A DNA stretch of 64,000 bases from an uncultured Candidatus Saccharibacteria bacterium (GTDB taxonomy: Bacteria; Patescibacteriota; Saccharimonadia; Saccharimonadales; JAGQNJ01), in contig CAZPAW010000001.1 in assembly GCA_964584895.1 (NCBI GenBank), positions 109,343-173,342 on the forward strand, read 5' to 3'. Of this stretch, positions 24,769 to 33,138 are shown piece after piece. Within the stretch, counting starts at the first letter, position 1, and the number at the start of each line of letters is the position of its first letter. Made by a program: the position numbers and the translations under genes. Under the pieces are notes generated by a model. That model saw nothing but the letters and a program-made list of their open reading frames with translations. It was not told where the DNA came from and did no database searches.

Positions 24769-25105
24769 TTTTTATGAACCCGCTTAATAATTTTGATACA
24801 TCTTCGGTTTTCATGATTAATTCGGATTTCGTTGATTCATTAATATAACTTAATCTCTCGGCGATAATTAACATCGACTCGACTTCGGCTGCCGAGCCTT
24901 TCGAAATCGATAGGTAGTTCCTTAGTCCTTTGTCGCTTCGTTTTGCGTAACCCTCAGCTATATTATTCATTATTGATATAGACGCCCTTCTTATTTGATT
25001 CCGAAAACTATAGTCTTCAATTTTTGCGAATTGCTTATAAATCTCAAAAGTTAGATCATTAGCTTTTTGCCAAACAATTAAGTCCTTAAAAGATTGTGTC
25101 GACAT
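24740..25105 (-). CDS. four-helix-bundle protein (family typically encoded in 23S rRNA intervening sequences)
   Basis: 121 aa: FKDLIVWQKANDLTFEIYK...FRNQIRRASISIMNNIAEGYAKRSDKGLRNYLSISKGSAAEVESMLIIAERLSYI. This is the characteristic pattern of that family. Confidence 0.75.
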   Translation of the reverse strand: MSTQSFKDLIVWQKANDLTFEIYKQFAKIEDYSFRNQIRRASISIMNNIAEGYAKRSDKGLRNYLSISKGSAAEVESMLIIAERLSYINESTKSELIMKTEDVSKLLSGFIKKLSAEGSKL

Positions 25106-25130
25106 ATACTATATTTTAACAGCCTGTTTG

Positions 25131-25167
25131 CGATTAGCTTTCAGCTATTAGCCCTCGGCTCTGAGCT
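25131..25167. repeat. imperfect 37-bp direct repeat, copy 2
   Basis: See 24732-24768. This copy sits immediately after the dnaN stop codon (25169-25171). Confidence 0.5.
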
Positions 25168-25168
25168 C

Positions 25169-26260
25169 TTAGCTTTTTAAAGGCATTACAATGTGTAGAT
25201 AATCTTTGTTTTTTGGATTTCGAAGTAGTAGTGGATCTAGTTTTTCACTAAAATTGACCTCGACCTGTTCGCCTTCAATAGCTTGCAAACCTTCTAACAA
25301 ATAACGAGAATTTAGTGTGAGTTCTCCGTCGGCGTTGACTGTAGCTTTAGTACTAGAGCTATTTTCTCCAACTTGCGAGGCTACCGATGCAACTGTTATT
25401 TTTCCAGCTTCTTTATCTGTTTTTAAAATAATACTCCCCGCGCTCTCGCGAGCAAACAAGCTTGATACCTTGGTTATATTAATGAGTTCAGCCCTGTCCG
25501 CAGTTGCTGTGTATAAGAATTTTTTAGGTATCAATTTTTGATAATCTGGGTATTCTCCCTCTATCATTCGTGCAATTAGTTCAGTTTTTATTGTTTGGAA
25601 TCTTACTTGTTGGCCGTCGCTTGAGATTTTTACCTTTTCCTCGCCGTCTTCTAAAACTCGCAACAACTCTTGCGCAGCGCTAACTGGTATCAACATATTT
25701 ATTTCATCATCAACATCACTAACTGTTTTTTCCGCTAGTCTGTAGCTATCGGTTGCTGCGAGATAGAGTTTTTTGTCATGCGAAGAGAAACATACACCAG
25801 TAAGCACTGGTCTAGAATCATCGCCTGAGGCTGCACCAACTACTTGATGAAGGGCTTTACGTAATACTGTGGTGCTAATTTCCCACTGTTTACCTTGCTT
25901 GATAAGTGGCATTACTGGGAAATCTTCTGCCGATATTCCGTTTAGCGTAGAACTGTAATTATCGGTGTTAATATGCAAGCGGTTGTCTTTTTGAGTTAGG
26001 CTAACAGTGCCGGATGGGAGATTAGAGATGAAGTCCTGCATTAATCTAGCAGGAACGGTTAGAGAGCCTTCCTTAATAACCTTTGCTCCAACAAATTCGG
26101 TAATTGCGATGTCGAGATTTGTGGCTGATAGTTGTAACCTGTTGGCGGTTGTTTTTAAAAGGATGTTGCTAAGGATTGGTAGGGTACTTCTTCCACTAGC
26201 AACTCTAGCTACAACATTTAAGGCTTTGTTTAGATTTTCTTGGGTTAATTTTAAATCCAT
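25169..26260 (-). CDS. dnaN: DNA polymerase III beta sliding clamp
   Basis: 363 aa: MDLKLTQENLNKALNVVARVASGRSTLPILSNILLKT...LSATNLDIAI. It has the three-domain length and sits directly downstream of dnaA. Confidence 0.9.
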   Translation of the reverse strand: MDLKLTQENLNKALNVVARVASGRSTLPILSNILLKTTANRLQLSATNLDIAITEFVGAKVIKEGSLTVPARLMQDFISNLPSGTVSLTQKDNRLHINTDNYSSTLNGISAEDFPVMPLIKQGKQWEISTTVLRKALHQVVGAASGDDSRPVLTGVCFSSHDKKLYLAATDSYRLAEKTVSDVDDEINMLIPVSAAQELLRVLEDGEEKVKISSDGQQVRFQTIKTELIARMIEGEYPDYQKLIPKKFLYTATADRAELINITKVSSLFARESAGSIILKTDKEAGKITVASVASQVGENSSSTKATVNADGELTLNSRYLLEGLQAIEGEQVEVNFSEKLDPLLLRNPKNKDYLHIVMPLKS

Positions 26261-26402
26261 AATAATAACTCCTTTTTAAATACTTAGAATATTGTTGTTA
26301 TAAGCCTTGTTGATAATGTGTATAAAATGCGCATATATTCGGTGAAAAAATATAAATAGTGGTGCATAAATGGTTTTAAAAATGCTAATAAGTCGGTGAA
26401 AC

Positions 26403-26496
26403 GTGTGCACAGTGGAATTAACAACACCGCCTAAATCGATATTTTGTACACCTATTATTCGCGTTATACGTGCACCTATGAACACGTTGTGCACAG
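26403..26496. promoter_or_regulatory. cluster of GTGCAC-core palindromes in the dnaA-dnaN spacer (possible second oriC half or regulator sites)
   Basis: gtgtgcacag at 26403-26412, tgtacac at 26445-26451, cgtgcac at 26469-26475, tgtgcacag at 26488-26496. A DnaA-box-like tgtgtataa lies at 26317-26325. Confidence 0.3.
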
Positions 26497-26510
26497 CCAA
26501 AAAAGTATAA

Positions 26511-27869
26511 TTATGCATATATTTTTTCCTTAATTTCGTTAATAGCAGACTGAAGTCCTGAATCTTTTACCATGTTCTTTTCGACTTTATCTACAGAATG
26601 GATTGCGGTGGTGTGATCCTTACGGCCGAGCTCTCTAGCAATTTTAGGAAAACTAAGGTGGAGCTCACTACGCAACAAAAACATTGATATTTGTCTGGGC
26701 ATCACAATATCTTTATCGCGCTTAGGGCTCATTACATCATCAACCGAAACACCAAAATATTTCGCAGTTTTATCAATCACTGATTTTGGAGATATATGTT
26801 TAGCTCTTGAACGATGCGAACCTAATACTGATTTTGCGAGTTCTACATCTGGTTCTACGCCCTTCATCTCACAAACCGCAACCAGTTGATTGAGGGCACC
26901 TTCTAGCTCTCTGATGTTGGTTCTAATATTGTCTGCGAGTACCTCAACAACCGGCTGAGAAAGAGCAAATGATTGGGCTTCGGCTTTTGTTTGAACAATT
27001 GCGCATCTGGTTTCAAAATCAGGAATTTGCATATCAACACTCATTCCCATCGAAAATCTAGACCGCAATCTATCCTCTAGGGTTGGCACATCTTTGGGCG
27101 CCATGTCGCTTGTTATAATAATCTGCTTGTTGGCTTGGTGTAGGGCATTAAAAGTGTGAAAGAATTCTTCCTGGGTTTTTTCTTTGCCAGCAATAAATTG
27201 AATATCATCAACAATTAACACGTCAGCTGAACGATAGTAACCAGCAAAGTCAGTATTTTTTTTATATCGAATAGCGTCTAAGAACTCTTGGACAAATTGT
27301 TCACTACTAACGTAAATAACTTTTGCATCAGGATTATTGGCGACAACCTCATTACCAACCGCTTCGGCTAAGTGGGTTTTACCGATACCAACGCCACCAT
27401 ACAAGAACACAGGATTATATTTTTTGCCTGGTTTTGCAGCTATTGCTTGGCAGGTCGCGTAAGCTAGCTCGTTGCCTGATCCAACAATAAAAGTATCAAA
27501 AGTATATTTTTCGTTTAAACCACGCCTATAACTGTGGGCGAGAGCGCTTTGCTTTTTTGAACTGCTTGATTGGGTTGACTTAACAATTATTGGATCATCA
27601 TAGACAGCCCTGTTATGTACTTTAGTCGGAGAATATATTTTGTAAGTAATTCGTGCACTAGAAAGTCCGTTCTTTGCTAAGACTTCTAATAATAGGTCGT
27701 TAAACTTTCTCTCTAACTGCTGCTGAATAAAGATATTAGGAACACCTATCACAACTTCATTTTCAGAATGATCTAAAAGATGAGTGTTTTTAAACCAGGT
27801 TACGAAATTGCCTGTAGAGACAGTCATTTCGATTTCTCCTAATACTGCTTGCCACAGATTATCCTGCAC
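26511..27869 (-). CDS. dnaA: chromosomal replication initiator DnaA
   Basis: Walker A is GGVGIGKTHL, Walker B is VLIVDDIQF, and the C-terminal DNA-binding region reads DHTTAIHSVDKV. I place the start at the GTG at 27869, preceded by GGAGGGGAG (then CTATA). The 21-codon ORF-track extension to 27932 has no support. Confidence 0.9.
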   Translation of the reverse strand: MQDNLWQAVLGEIEMTVSTGNFVTWFKNTHLLDHSENEVVIGVPNIFIQQQLERKFNDLLLEVLAKNGLSSARITYKIYSPTKVHNRAVYDDPIIVKSTQSSSSKKQSALAHSYRRGLNEKYTFDTFIVGSGNELAYATCQAIAAKPGKKYNPVFLYGGVGIGKTHLAEAVGNEVVANNPDAKVIYVSSEQFVQEFLDAIRYKKNTDFAGYYRSADVLIVDDIQFIAGKEKTQEEFFHTFNALHQANKQIIITSDMAPKDVPTLEDRLRSRFSMGMSVDMQIPDFETRCAIVQTKAEAQSFALSQPVVEVLADNIRTNIRELEGALNQLVAVCEMKGVEPDVELAKSVLGSHRSRAKHISPKSVIDKTAKYFGVSVDDVMSPKRDKDIVMPRQISMFLLRSELHLSFPKIARELGRKDHTTAIHSVDKVEKNMVKDSGLQSAINEIKEKIYA

Positions 27870-27968
27870 TATAGCTCCCCTCCAATAAAACTTAAATTGA
27901 TAAAACCCGATAAGACCATGGGTTGTATACAACTTTTGTACAGATAACTATAACAGTCGAAGTCGAGT

Positions 27969-28093
27969 TTTTCCACAGATATTGTGTAATTCACTATACA
28001 AATATGTTAAAAACCCAAAACAGAGTAAAAGTTATACACAATCAAGATCAACACCTTAATATTTGTGGATAAAGTATTCGTTTTGGTGGATAA
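27969..28093. promoter_or_regulatory. putative oriC DnaA-box cluster between dnaA and rpmH
   Basis: TTTTCCACA at 27969-27977, TTATACACA at 28032-28040, TGTGGATAA (perfect complement of the TTATCCACA consensus) at 28064-28072, and GGTGGATAA at 28085-28093. The surroundings are AT-rich. Confidence 0.6.
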
Positions 28094-28166
28094 ACTATTG
28101 AATATCGTGGCAAAATATTGTTTATTTGACTTTATCTGCCTAATTCTAAGGTTATCGATTGGTCTC

Positions 28167-28195
28167 TTGACTACAGAGGCCAACTACAATACAGT
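28167..28195 (+). promoter_or_regulatory. putative rpmH promoter (near-leaderless)
   Basis: TTGACT (28167-28172), 17-nt spacer, TACAGT (28190-28195), then 7 nt to the ATG at 28203. Confidence 0.35.
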
Positions 28196-28202
28196 AACAC
28201 CT

Positions 28203-28340
28203 ATGCCAAAAAGGACATTTCAACCAAAAAAACGAAAACGATCTAGAGTCCATGGGTTTTTTAAACGCATGTCGACAACTTCTGGAAAAAACGTCTTAAA
28301 GCGTCGCCGCAATAAAGGACGCAAACTTCTTAGTCGTTAA
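28203..28340 (+). CDS. rpmH: 50S ribosomal protein L34
   Basis: [45 protein letters not shown] (45 aa). The ORF-track start at 28065 is an artefactual upstream extension across the DnaA boxes. Confidence 0.9.
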   Translation: MPKRTFQPKKRKRSRVHGFFKRMSTTSGKNVLKRRRNKGRKLLSR

Positions 28341-28362
28341 TTGTCTTTTAACCACACCAAGG

Positions 28363-28707
28363 ATGATTAGTAGAAAAAACCGTTTTCATGGATATAACAG
28401 TTTGAAATCAGTGTATTCTCGCGCCCAGACAGTGCGGGATAACACAATAAGTATAAAGTTTGTTGGTTCGCAAAAACGTAGTGATTCTAGAATTGCGGTC
28501 GTGGTGAGCAAAAAAGTACACAAATCAGCTGTAAAAAGAAACCGAATCCGCCGCCGTATTTTTGAAGTTATCAGACTAAACCTACCAAATTTTAACAATT
28601 GTTACGACATTATTATTACGGTATTTGACGATTCGGTAGTTGATGCGCCCTCATCAGCACTTACAAAATCTATAGAAAACCTACTAAAAAAAGCCAATAT
28701 TATATAA
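28363..28707 (+). CDS. rnpA: ribonuclease P protein component
   Basis: 114 aa, basic, with RIAVVVSKKVHKSAVKRNRIRRRIFE (RNR motif). It follows rpmH in the canonical position. Confidence 0.85.
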   Translation: MISRKNRFHGYNSLKSVYSRAQTVRDNTISIKFVGSQKRSDSRIAVVVSKKVHKSAVKRNRIRRRIFEVIRLNLPNFNNCYDIIITVFDDSVVDAPSSALTKSIENLLKKANII

Positions 28708-28821
28708 CGACCATTGTTGTCGCGTGGTATTATTAAGACAGTCTTTTCTGCAATTAATGTCAAAATTTATGCGGCCACCAAGAGAGCTCGCAGTTAGCAG
28801 AACAGGGATCAAGGAGATTTT

Positions 28822-29748
28822 ATGTTTACAACGCTCATAGTTCAGCCAGTATTTAACCTACTGGTATTTATTTATGCGTTACTACCAGGCCATAATTTTG
28901 GAGTAGTTATTATACTATTCACGATTATTGTTAGGCTGGCCATGTGGCCGTTAGTGAAAAAACAGCTTCACCATGCAAAGGCAATGCGTGAACTTCAGCC
29001 AGAGTTAAAACGAATTAAGAAAGAAGCTAAAGGTGATCGGGCTAAAGAATCGGCGATGGTCATGGAGCTTTACAAAGAGAAAGAAATTAATCCTTTTGCA
29101 TCTATTGGTTTGTTGCTGGTTCAGCTACCAATCTTTTTGGCGCTGTACAGTGTTATCAATCGAATCATTAACAATCCACAAAGTTTGGTAGATTTTACCT
29201 ACAGCTTTATTCATGACCTAGGTGCAATTAAAGATTTGGCTGTGGATATTTCACGGTTTGACGCATCGTTAGTCGGGTTGATTGATTTGACGCGACCAGC
29301 AGTAGGACCTGAAGGCTTTTATTTTCCGGCATTTTTATTAGTAGCGGGAAGCGCAATTACCCAGTATTACCAGAGCAAACAACTAATGCCAACAGATCAA
29401 AATTCACGAAAGCTTCGCGATATTCTAAGGGATGCGGGGACAGGAAAGCAAGCCGATCAATCAGAAGTTAACTCTGCTGTTGGACGAAGTACAAAATTTT
29501 TGATTCCTGGTATGATTTTTATTTTTACAATTGGCTTGCCGGCGGCATTGTCATTATATTGGTTAGTCAGCGGTCTTGTTGCTCTAGTTCAACAAAATCG
29601 CATTCTTGGTAAGGATGAAGTAGAACTTGAGGCTCTGGCAGATAAGCCTTCGGCAAAACAACGAGCCAAAGTTGCCAAGGAAGCTGAAATCGTTAAAAAA
29701 CCAACCCCAAAGAAGAATAAAAATAAGAAGAGGAGGAAGAAGAGATGA
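28822..29748 (+). CDS. yidC: membrane protein insertase YidC (short Gram-positive type)
   Basis: 308 aa, polytopic: VIILFTIIVRLAMWPLVKKQ...ELYKEKEINPFAS...LPIFLALY. It has a polybasic C-terminal tail and sits in an rnpA-yidC-jag context. Confidence 0.85.
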   Translation: MFTTLIVQPVFNLLVFIYALLPGHNFGVVIILFTIIVRLAMWPLVKKQLHHAKAMRELQPELKRIKKEAKGDRAKESAMVMELYKEKEINPFASIGLLLVQLPIFLALYSVINRIINNPQSLVDFTYSFIHDLGAIKDLAVDISRFDASLVGLIDLTRPAVGPEGFYFPAFLLVAGSAITQYYQSKQLMPTDQNSRKLRDILRDAGTGKQADQSEVNSAVGRSTKFLIPGMIFIFTIGLPAALSLYWLVSGLVALVQQNRILGKDEVELEALADKPSAKQRAKVAKEAEIVKKPTPKKNKNKKRRKKR

Positions 29749-30215
29749 CAAAGACTATGGAAGAAGCATCGATCTATGCTAAAAAATACCTTGAGGATAT
29801 GCTTTCGTTTTTTGGTCTTAATACTGACGTGCACGCCACGGTCAATGAAGACGATATTATCGAGCTCCATGTCCCCTCTACTCATCTAAATGGATTCTTG
29901 ATTGGCGCACGTGGTGAAACAATCCGCGCAATTCAGTTCATGGTGTCGAACGCACTCCGCAGTCAAGGGTTTGAACAGAGCAGGGTACATGTCGATATTG
30001 CCGATTACAAAAAACAGCGAGCCGAACAACTTACCACCCATGCCCAGGAATGGGTTAACAAGGTCAAAGAATCCAAAGAGCCAATGCATCTTAGGCCGAT
30101 GAACGCAGCCGATAGGCGAACAATTCACAAACTAGCAGATGAAGAGGGTTTAACTTCAGAATCAGCTGGAGAAGGCCGAGAACGCCACGTAGTGATCAAA
30201 CCAAAAGACGACTAA
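29745..30215 (+). CDS. jag: Jag/KhpB-type RNA-binding protein (KH + R3H domains)
   Basis: 156 aa with GFLIGARGETIRAIQ (KH-like GxxG) and RRTIHKLADEEGLTSESAGEGRERHVVIKP (R3H). A 4-bp overlap with yidC is present. Confidence 0.8.
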   Translation: MTKTMEEASIYAKKYLEDMLSFFGLNTDVHATVNEDDIIELHVPSTHLNGFLIGARGETIRAIQFMVSNALRSQGFEQSRVHVDIADYKKQRAEQLTTHAQEWVNKVKESKEPMHLRPMNAADRRTIHKLADEEGLTSESAGEGRERHVVIKPKDD

Positions 30216-30219
30216 TTCT

Positions 30220-31317
30220 CTATTTTTTGTCTAAAACTTGCTTATAAATACTAAGTGTTTGTTTGGCCATTCTTGTCCAAGAATAACTTGTAGATAGTTT
30301 TTTGCCTTTTTGTTCTAGGTTTTGCCGAAGTTTTTTACTAGACAAAATCTTGTCTATGCTTGTTGTTATTGATTCAATATCTTTTGGATTAAAATATTCG
30401 GCTGCGTCTTTGTAGATTTCTGGCAGGCAAGTCATGTTACTGGATGCCACAGGCGCGCCGTGGGCCATCGCCTCAAGTCCAGGCAAGCCAAAGCCTTCGC
30501 TAAGTGACGGAAAGACGTAGCAGGCGGTATTCTCATAAAGCCAGCGTAACTGACCTTCGCTTACAAAATCTGTGAACACAAAATTGGCTATCTCAAGAGC
30601 TTTTACGTGTTTTTCTAATTGCCAATACAGTACATCTTTTTTACCGGCAAAAACTAAATACAGGTCGGGGTATTTTTGTCGCAACGTTTTAAATGATTCA
30701 ATCAATTTTTCTAGATTTTTATGCGGCTGTGGCCTGCCAACATATAACAAGAACTGTCGATCGGCGAGTTCTTCTATTGGTTCTGGCGTTTCAGTAATTT
30801 TATCGGCCGACTCGTAGGTGACTTCAATTTTTCTTGAATTAATCTTTGCAAATTTTGCCACATCATCCTTTACATATTCTGATGGAGTAATGATTGCTTC
30901 GGATTTTCGAGCTACGATTTTTATCACCACCCTATAAACCTTTTGCTTTACCCAAAACACAACCGGGTTTTTAGCTGGGCTTTTAAACCTAGCTGTAGTT
31001 AAATCATGAATTGTCGTTACGGTGTCGCCTCTGTACAGGATAGGTTGCTGTGTCATGCCAAAATGCACCAGATCTGGCTTTAATCCTCGAATTTGCTTGA
31101 GGAGCCTGGTTTGCTCGCTGAAGGTAAATTCTTTAACGCTAGAGGCCACGATATTAAATTTTGGTGCGATTGAATGCAAGAACTCAACACGTTTCTTATT
31201 TGCTATAATCGTAATCTTATAAGCTGGCTTTTCGTTAGCTAGATATTCAATCAACTTGTCGATATATCGACCAGTACTTGTCCCCGACTCTCTCGCATCA
31301 ATTACAATATGCTTCAT
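30220..31317 (-). CDS. glycosyltransferase family 4 (GT-B)
   Basis: 365 aa: FPSLSEGFGLPGLEAMAHGAPVASS (E-x7-E region). Confidence 0.8.
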   Translation of the reverse strand: MKHIVIDARESGTSTGRYIDKLIEYLANEKPAYKITIIANKKRVEFLHSIAPKFNIVASSVKEFTFSEQTRLLKQIRGLKPDLVHFGMTQQPILYRGDTVTTIHDLTTARFKSPAKNPVVFWVKQKVYRVVIKIVARKSEAIITPSEYVKDDVAKFAKINSRKIEVTYESADKITETPEPIEELADRQFLLYVGRPQPHKNLEKLIESFKTLRQKYPDLYLVFAGKKDVLYWQLEKHVKALEIANFVFTDFVSEGQLRWLYENTACYVFPSLSEGFGLPGLEAMAHGAPVASSNMTCLPEIYKDAAEYFNPKDIESITTSIDKILSSKKLRQNLEQKGKKLSTSYSWTRMAKQTLSIYKQVLDKK

Positions 31318-32297
31318 AACTCTGCCTTATATTTGTTAGGTTTTGGTGCTCGGCCACGTACTAGGATACTGTCAATATATTTAGTTGATACTTTTCGGTT
31401 TTTTTGGATCTTTCGTCTTTCTTTTATTGCGTGCGGAATTAGTAGCACCGCAGCACAATAACCCTTTACGTGGGTTAAGTATTGTCTGTGGATAATTGAA
31501 CCGACTGCCATCCGAAAGCTTTGTAGAACAGCAAGCGGGAAGTACTTCCAAAATATCGCCCCTGGCATGTTTTTTAAGAATAATATGTGAAAGTTCTTGG
31601 TGCTGTGGTAGCGCGAAAACGGCCCTAGCTTTGAACTGGTTCCACCGACTTTATGATAGGCGATTGCTTTAGGTTCATAGTAGACTTTCCAGCCAGCCAG
31701 CTGAGCACGAAAACTAATATCTACGTCTTCAAAATATGCAAAAAACTTTTCATCAAACAAGCCAGTTTGCTTTAACATCTCAACACGATAAAGACTTGCC
31801 CCACCGGTTGCCCCAAAAACATAATTAGATTTGTCGTATTGACCACTATCAATTTCATTACGTCCTCTCGGAAAGGGCAACCCACGAGTGGTCAAAAAGT
31901 CGCCAGTGCTATCAAGGTGTTCTTTATCGTTCCTCATAAACTTTCCAGTTACGATGCCTACATTATTACGTTTAGCTAAAGCATGAGCTAGATTTTCTAA
32001 CCAATACTTATCTGCGACCGCGTCATTATTAAATAATGCAACAAAGTCTTGGCTGTTTCTTATAGCTTCTTTGATACCCGCATTTACACCACCGGTAAAC
32101 CCGTGGTTAGTACCTAACTTTATTAATTTTACTTGTTGAAAATTTCGCTCAATATATTCTGGTGATCCATCAACCGATCCGTTATCGACAATAATAATGT
32201 TTGGTGTCACGGATTGTTTCAAAAGGGAGTTAATGCAACTCTTCAAATATTTTTTACCATTCCAGTTAGGAATTACAACGGCGATATTAGTTTTCAT
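31314..32297 (-). CDS. glycosyltransferase family 2 (rhamnosyltransferase-like)
   Basis: The start is taken at MKTNIAVVIPNWNGKKYL (ATG at 32297). The ORF-track extension to 32402 overlaps the divergent permease gene. Motifs: IIIVDNGSVDGS, FNNDAV. Confidence 0.8.
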   Translation of the reverse strand: MKTNIAVVIPNWNGKKYLKSCINSLLKQSVTPNIIIVDNGSVDGSPEYIERNFQQVKLIKLGTNHGFTGGVNAGIKEAIRNSQDFVALFNNDAVADKYWLENLAHALAKRNNVGIVTGKFMRNDKEHLDSTGDFLTTRGLPFPRGRNEIDSGQYDKSNYVFGATGGASLYRVEMLKQTGLFDEKFFAYFEDVDISFRAQLAGWKVYYEPKAIAYHKVGGTSSKLGPFSRYHSTKNFHILFLKNMPGAIFWKYFPLAVLQSFRMAVGSIIHRQYLTHVKGYCAAVLLIPHAIKERRKIQKNRKVSTKYIDSILVRGRAPKPNKYKAEL

Positions 32298-32337
32298 ATA
32301 ACTACCCTCTATTCTATAATAGAACCCGACTAACTGC

Positions 32338-33138
32338 ATGAAACATATATATTCTAAACAGAACAGAGCACTTCTTGCTGAGCTTGTCAGAACAGATTTC
32401 AAGCTCCGCTACCAAGGATCTGTACTTGGATACGCCTGGTCTCTACTTCGACCTCTTTTTATATTTTTGATACTATATATAGTTTTTGTTAAATTTTTAC
32501 GACTTGGTGGCAACATCCCTCATTACCCCATTTACCTATTGTTAGGTATTGTAATGTGGAACTTTTTTACCGAAATTACATCTCAAGGTCTTGGGTCAAT
32601 TGTTGGCAGAGGTGATCTCATTAGAAAAATAAAAATCCCTAGATGGATAATAGTATTGTCAAGCAGTATCTCCGGATTAATTAATGTCGGGCTTAACTTA
32701 CTGGTGGTATTAGTTTTCATGTTTTTAAATCAAGTAGATTTGTTGAGTACATCAGTTTTGTTTCCGTTAACCCTCCTTCAGTTATATATATTTTCTTTGG
32801 GGGTAGCGTTATTTCTATCGACAGCGTTTGTTAAATACAGGGATGTCACCTATATTTGGGAAGTCTTATTGCAGGCGGGATTCTATGTTACGCCAATACT
32901 TTACCCGCTATCACTAGTTACTAACGTAACCGTACAAAAATTAATGCTTCTCAACCCAGTTGCGCAGACTATTCAAGATGCTCGCTATGAACTAGTTACA
33001 CATGAAACCCTTACTGTCTGGAAAGTATTTGACGGCGGCCCTTATGCATTTATCCCTATAGTCATTACTCTCGCAACTTTTATACTTGGTGTTAGGTACT
33101 TCAAAAAAGAATCAAAGTATTTTGCGGAGAATATATAG
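32338..33138 (+). CDS. ABC-2 type polysaccharide/teichoic-acid export permease (Wzm/TagG-like)
   Basis: 266 aa with six hydrophobic segments. The N-terminus reads LVRTDFKLRYQGSVLGYAWSLLRPL, typical of ABC-2 permeases. It is followed directly by the ATPase gene. Confidence 0.75.
   Translation: MKHIYSKQNRALLAELVRTDFKLRYQGSVLGYAWSLLRPLFIFLILYIVFVKFLRLGGNIPHYPIYLLLGIVMWNFFTEITSQGLGSIVGRGDLIRKIKIPRWIIVLSSSISGLINVGLNLLVVLVFMFLNQVDLLSTSVLFPLTLLQLYIFSLGVALFLSTAFVKYRDVTYIWEVLLQAGFYVTPILYPLSLVTNVTVQKLMLLNPVAQTIQDARYELVTHETLTVWKVFDGGPYAFIPIVITLATFILGVRYFKKESKYFAENI

Noticed and set aside
26276-26518. 80-aa ORF in the dnaA-dnaN spacer.
   Set aside because: It covers an AT-rich intergenic region with DnaA-box-like and palindromic motifs. 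The peptide is implausible (His/Ile/Phe-rich), and it overlaps the dnaA 3' end.
27870-28202. ORF-track N-terminal extensions: dnaA to 27932, rpmH from 28065. Similar extensions occur at 32298-32402, 42856-43104, 36481-36528 and 60291-60356.
   Set aside because: The extensions run through intergenic regulatory sequence or into neighbouring genes and add non-conserved residues. Internal starts give canonical N-termini (MPKRTFQP for L34, MKTNIAVVIPNWN for the GT2, MEDIFKAYDIRG for the mutase, and a GTG with GGAGG for dnaA).
28708-28821. Expected yidD-like small gene between rnpA and yidC.
   Set aside because: No ORF with the conserved Cys-containing YidD pattern exists in any frame of this 114-bp spacer.
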